DNA of 64,000 nucleotides from Paraphysomonas bandaiensis (lineage: Eukaryota > Protista > Chrysophyceae). Below the pieces are notes generated by a model, which was not told the origin of the DNA, made no database searches, and was given only the letters and a program-made list of their open reading frames with translations. The DNA is taken from positions 1 through 64,000 of the forward strand of contig CBFFRP010000068.1 in NCBI GenBank assembly GCA_965644295.1. The letters are read 5' to 3'. This document shows positions 60,101-64,000 of the stretch, piece by piece. A program made the position numbers and the translations under genes. Numbering within the stretch: position 1 is the first letter of the stretch; the number at the start of each line of letters is the position of its first letter.

Positions 60101-62482
60101 TGATTTGTTTGACGTTGGTCAAACCGGTGAACTCGATATGAATGAATTCAATAATGCCCTCTGTAAGTTTGAGGTAGAATGCGATGATGAAGAATTACAG
60201 AAATTGTGGGCAACTTTGGATACAGATGGCAATACACACATTAGCCTTCCAGAACTACTTCAATTTCTGCACTTCAACACAAGAGATGGTTACAGAGAAT
60301 TAGGTATGTTTTACTATCTTTGAGTAAGTTGTAATGGATATACACAGGGGAAATTTGGGCGACAATCCGTACGTGTAGAGGGCCTAGAGATATATCAACC
60401 GTCGAAATAGATGAACAGACTTATGCTGATTTGGAGAATATGGAAAAGGATATGTTTGAGATGTGTGTTGCTAAGGACGGTGTGGGACACCTCATATCGG
60501 GCACACAATTTTTTGATATACTCGAAAAGTATGAGGTGAAATCACTATTAAAGCCTGGCGATGTGAATATTTTGATTGCATTCTTTGGAGTCAATGTCTC
60601 AGGACTACCCGTAACAGATGCTGTTCTTACTGATAGTGGAGCGGATATTAATGTTGCAGAGTATATGATGAGGTTTGACGACTTCTTCTCGTGGCTGCAA
60701 CCAGTTGACTTTGTCAAGGTCTGTAAGCGGCTTGCGAGGTTTTTAAAAGCACTTGAGAATAATGAAAAGGGATTAAGGGATAATTTGACTGATCTACGTG
60801 TGGTACAGACAGGTATGCACGAAATTGGATCTGTTAGTGACTGTGGTTCGAACACACTCAGAGTCAAGGAAACTGTGGTTACTCATGATGAGATTTACCT
60901 CGATGACGATATCACAATTAAAATAACTCCGTGCACGTTGGTCGACAGTGACCGTTTTACGTTTTCCACTACACGGTTAAGTACAACTACCTTCCAAGTA
61001 CGCACCGAATGTGCGGATGCAGATAGTAACTGGGGAGACGATTTTTCTGTAGTGTGGGAGATATTGCAACCGGAGGAATGCTTATGTGGTATTCCTCTGT
61101 CGGAAATAGACCCAACAGGGAATGGGGTAATATCAAAGAAAAACTTCCAGACTTACGTTGACAGCAACGGGCTGCCTATAAATGCCTCGGAAACTCGATC
61201 TCTCTTTCGGAATTTTGGATTAAGCGACGGAGAAAGTATGACTTACGACCGTTTTGAACAGATGATTCATTGCACGCGAATCACCCACAAGTTTGTCCCT
61301 CTAATAGGCAGTAAGTCATTTCGTAAAAAATCAGTAGTTAATCCTGCAATGGGAAGCGAAAACTGTGAAGAAAGCAATAGTGAAACTAATGATGCAATAG
61401 AACCTTCAGAAGTGAATAAGATTGAAAATGAGGTGGACAAGACCGAAGGTGAAGTAAGTAAGACCGAAAATGAAGTGGACAAGGCCGAAGGTGAAGTGAG
61501 TAAGACCGAAAATGGACAGATTGTACGGGATTCGTCGACAGGCAGCTGTGTCGATTCAGGTAAAGTTTGCTTGATCTTTACATTGCCAAACACTGATCAA
61601 TTTATTAACCATATTCTAGTTACACGGGAGCCAATGCAACTACATGTCACTGATGTCGAGCTTGATGGGGATATATTAGCATTGGATCCACCTCCCAGTA
61701 TTACCATCGTACTGAAATACCTCCTTCAGGAAATATCAGTGTGTATCGATGGGAGCTTTCGTGATTCAGACAATGGTAACAAGAGAATCGTGCACAATGT
61801 AATGTGGAGTCCTTTGTTGTTAGATGATTCGGCATTGAAAACTCAAGCAAACATTCGATGCGACTTGTTAGTGGACGGAAAGAAGAAACGTTTTGGGAGA
61901 TATCAGATTGCTCCACATAATCTGTTAGAAGATGCGAGGTATGATAGCACTCTGGTACTGGTTATTGCATATATATAACTAGTTTGTTTTATCAGCATTG
62001 GGAGCGGCCACACAGAGTTTTTAGTTGGGAAGTCAAGCGATGGTGGCCCGGTGACAGTACGCCTTACTTACCGAACACAATCCGTAGCGCCTAATTCGTT
62101 GTTTATGAATGAGCACTCAACATCTACTGTTAAGAATGAAGTACCTGTACCATCAAGTACCTCCAAGGAGAATGAAATGCCTGCTCCAGCAATTATTCCT
62201 AGTCAAGATGAGGAAACCATTTCAAATACTAACCAAACGAATCAACACGAGACGTTGAAGGAAAGTGCACGTTCTAATACCTCTCCTACTCGGGTTGTTT
62301 CTCAGGCTTCTAAATTGATAACTGCCGTTCAGGCGGAGATGTTAGCTGAGCAGCAGGAAGATTGTGAAGATTATCAAGAAGACTTTGATGTGGAGGCGGA
62401 GAAGAGCTTTTTGGAACAATTTGGTTTGACCTCAAATGACGAAGATGATTTGGGTGGTTATGATGAATCCTTTGATGATTAG
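57158..62482 (+). CDS. Large multidomain protein: CH-like N-terminus, Rdx/SelT-like CxxC domain, EF-hands, H-type-lectin-like insert, C2-like domain
   Basis: Five ORFs joined by phase-compatible introns; LFVKVYESLFG...HINNI...IICGD; ISVEHCHSC...RIGALEVQ...LLHSKLKTRRWP; DVGQTGELDMNEF, DTDGNTHISLPEL, DPTGNGVISKKNF; acidic tail. Confidence 0.8.
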
Positions 62483-63134
62483 TGTATCATATCATTCGTT
62501 GTAATAGTACTACATTTTATGCACAATGTAATTTCATGTTTACTAGTCATGTGTACTGTATTATGATCTTTAAATGAATTGTATAGTTTAACTGATATGA
62601 ATGGACTGGAAAATGCAATGATTTTTCCTGTTAAAGTGGATATGCGATGGCCCTCAATGTAGTAAACAGAACATAGTTGGACAAGACTATTCACCAGGTC
62701 AGAGTATTCCTCAGTAGCAGAAAAATGAATTACAGCTTGTAGGTTCAATTGATGACTTTCACAACCTAGAAGAGGTACAGAGAGCCCACATTACTCTTAC
62801 TGTATGGTTAATGTAGCCATATTAGGGTTGCAAACATGTCACAAAGAACAAGTTCCACACAACTGAAGCCCAATCCCGTTAACTGTAACTCGCCAAAACT
62901 ATAATCTCCGATGTAGTAAATAATGTGGGAATCCTCATCTTCATATTGGACTCCACTGCATAACAACACTTGTTGCACAACTCTTTGTCCGAAAACCGCA
63001 AACACAACTCCTCGATATTAACGCTAACAGATAAACCAAATGTGATAGGTTTAACCAAATGTGTAACATTTTCTTAAGGAGAGGTATATTCTCTATCGAC
63101 AAAAAGAATGATGTAGATATTTATAGCCACCCAG

Positions 63135-63510
63135 TTGCACCAGTGATACACATTTCAGGCGTAATAAGGCGACACCGTTCTCTTGACATTAGTAGCTTAG
63201 CAATAGGCGTTTAAGGGTCAGGAGTAATATAGCTATTAACTAAATAGTGCTTAACTCTTATATGCTATTATTTAACGCTACAAAAGCTACTTGAGCGCGT
63301 CACCGCAAGCACCTAGGTGCAACCACGTTTTCGCTCTATCACTCAATGCTAACGGAAATAGCAAGCACGACGTTGATACTCCTGACTTATGCTGACTTCA
63401 GGATATTTGAGTCCTTAAAGTAAACAGTCCGGATGCTTTACTTCAGCAGGTAGCCCAATGTCCCGAATGCTTTGAGGTGGGCCCATTCCTGGATGCCTGT
63501 TTATTCATCC
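63135..63510 (-). repeat. Repeat family A, copy 4
   Basis: Reverse complement colinear with 5225-5450 and 5648-5935. Confidence 0.8.
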
Positions 63511-64000
63511 ACGCTCAAAGACATCTACGCGTGTGACGCTTATTAGTGTCAATATATAATGCATCTAGAGCATTCTTTCTACTCTAATCTACATGGGACT
63601 GAGGCGTGTTTTGAGAATTGCGTTCACCCTTTTAGCCAATCTTTTGCTTCAATAGACCCTCTTTCATACTGAGCACTCTCTGCATTATTTCCATTATCTA
63701 CAAACCACGTTTGGTAGTTCCTCTTTAGTTCAAAAATACTCGGTGAAGAATAAAAATGCCATCCTGAAGAATAAATAACTATATATATATGCATTGGTTC
63801 CAAACAGATACACAACATCATTCAATATTTTGAAGGCATAGAATACCTTCAATCAGCTTATGTGGGGGTTGATCATTTTGTCCTTTGCCAACGATCTTTG
63901 ACATGATATTAAGCTTGCGTGATGAGGTAAAACTGTATACTGTCACGTAGTTATGATTAATAATGATAATGTGACTGTACGCAGTACGCAGTGCACATAG

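Overview
Eukaryotic nuclear DNA with short GT-AG introns and abundant (TACA/ATGT)n microsatellites. The gene set (B9D2, MORN, PDF, organellar ArgRS, Cys-rich ABCG) suggests a flagellated protist, plausibly a stramenopile; this is inference only. About 17 host genes are present, 12 of them in six head-to-head pairs. Mobile DNA includes a young intact Ty1/copia element (identical 258-bp LTRs, non-canonical TA...TT ends, 5-bp TSD) nested in an older LTR-like repeat. There is also a 4.2-kb pogo-like DD38D DNA transposon with 556-bp TIRs that contain the start of its own gene and a non-TA target duplication, a 9-bp-TSD Mutator-like element carrying spliced coding relics, several MITEs and a gag pseudogene. 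The best novelty candidates are the long-TIR transposon, a NUMOD1-HTH/BCL7-like fusion protein, an intronic three-hairpin H/ACA-like RNA, the non-CA copia ends plus an extra post-integrase domain, and a shared repeat lying exactly 91 bp upstream of two unrelated methyltransferase ATGs. All family assignments come from motif recognition by eye; no searches were run.
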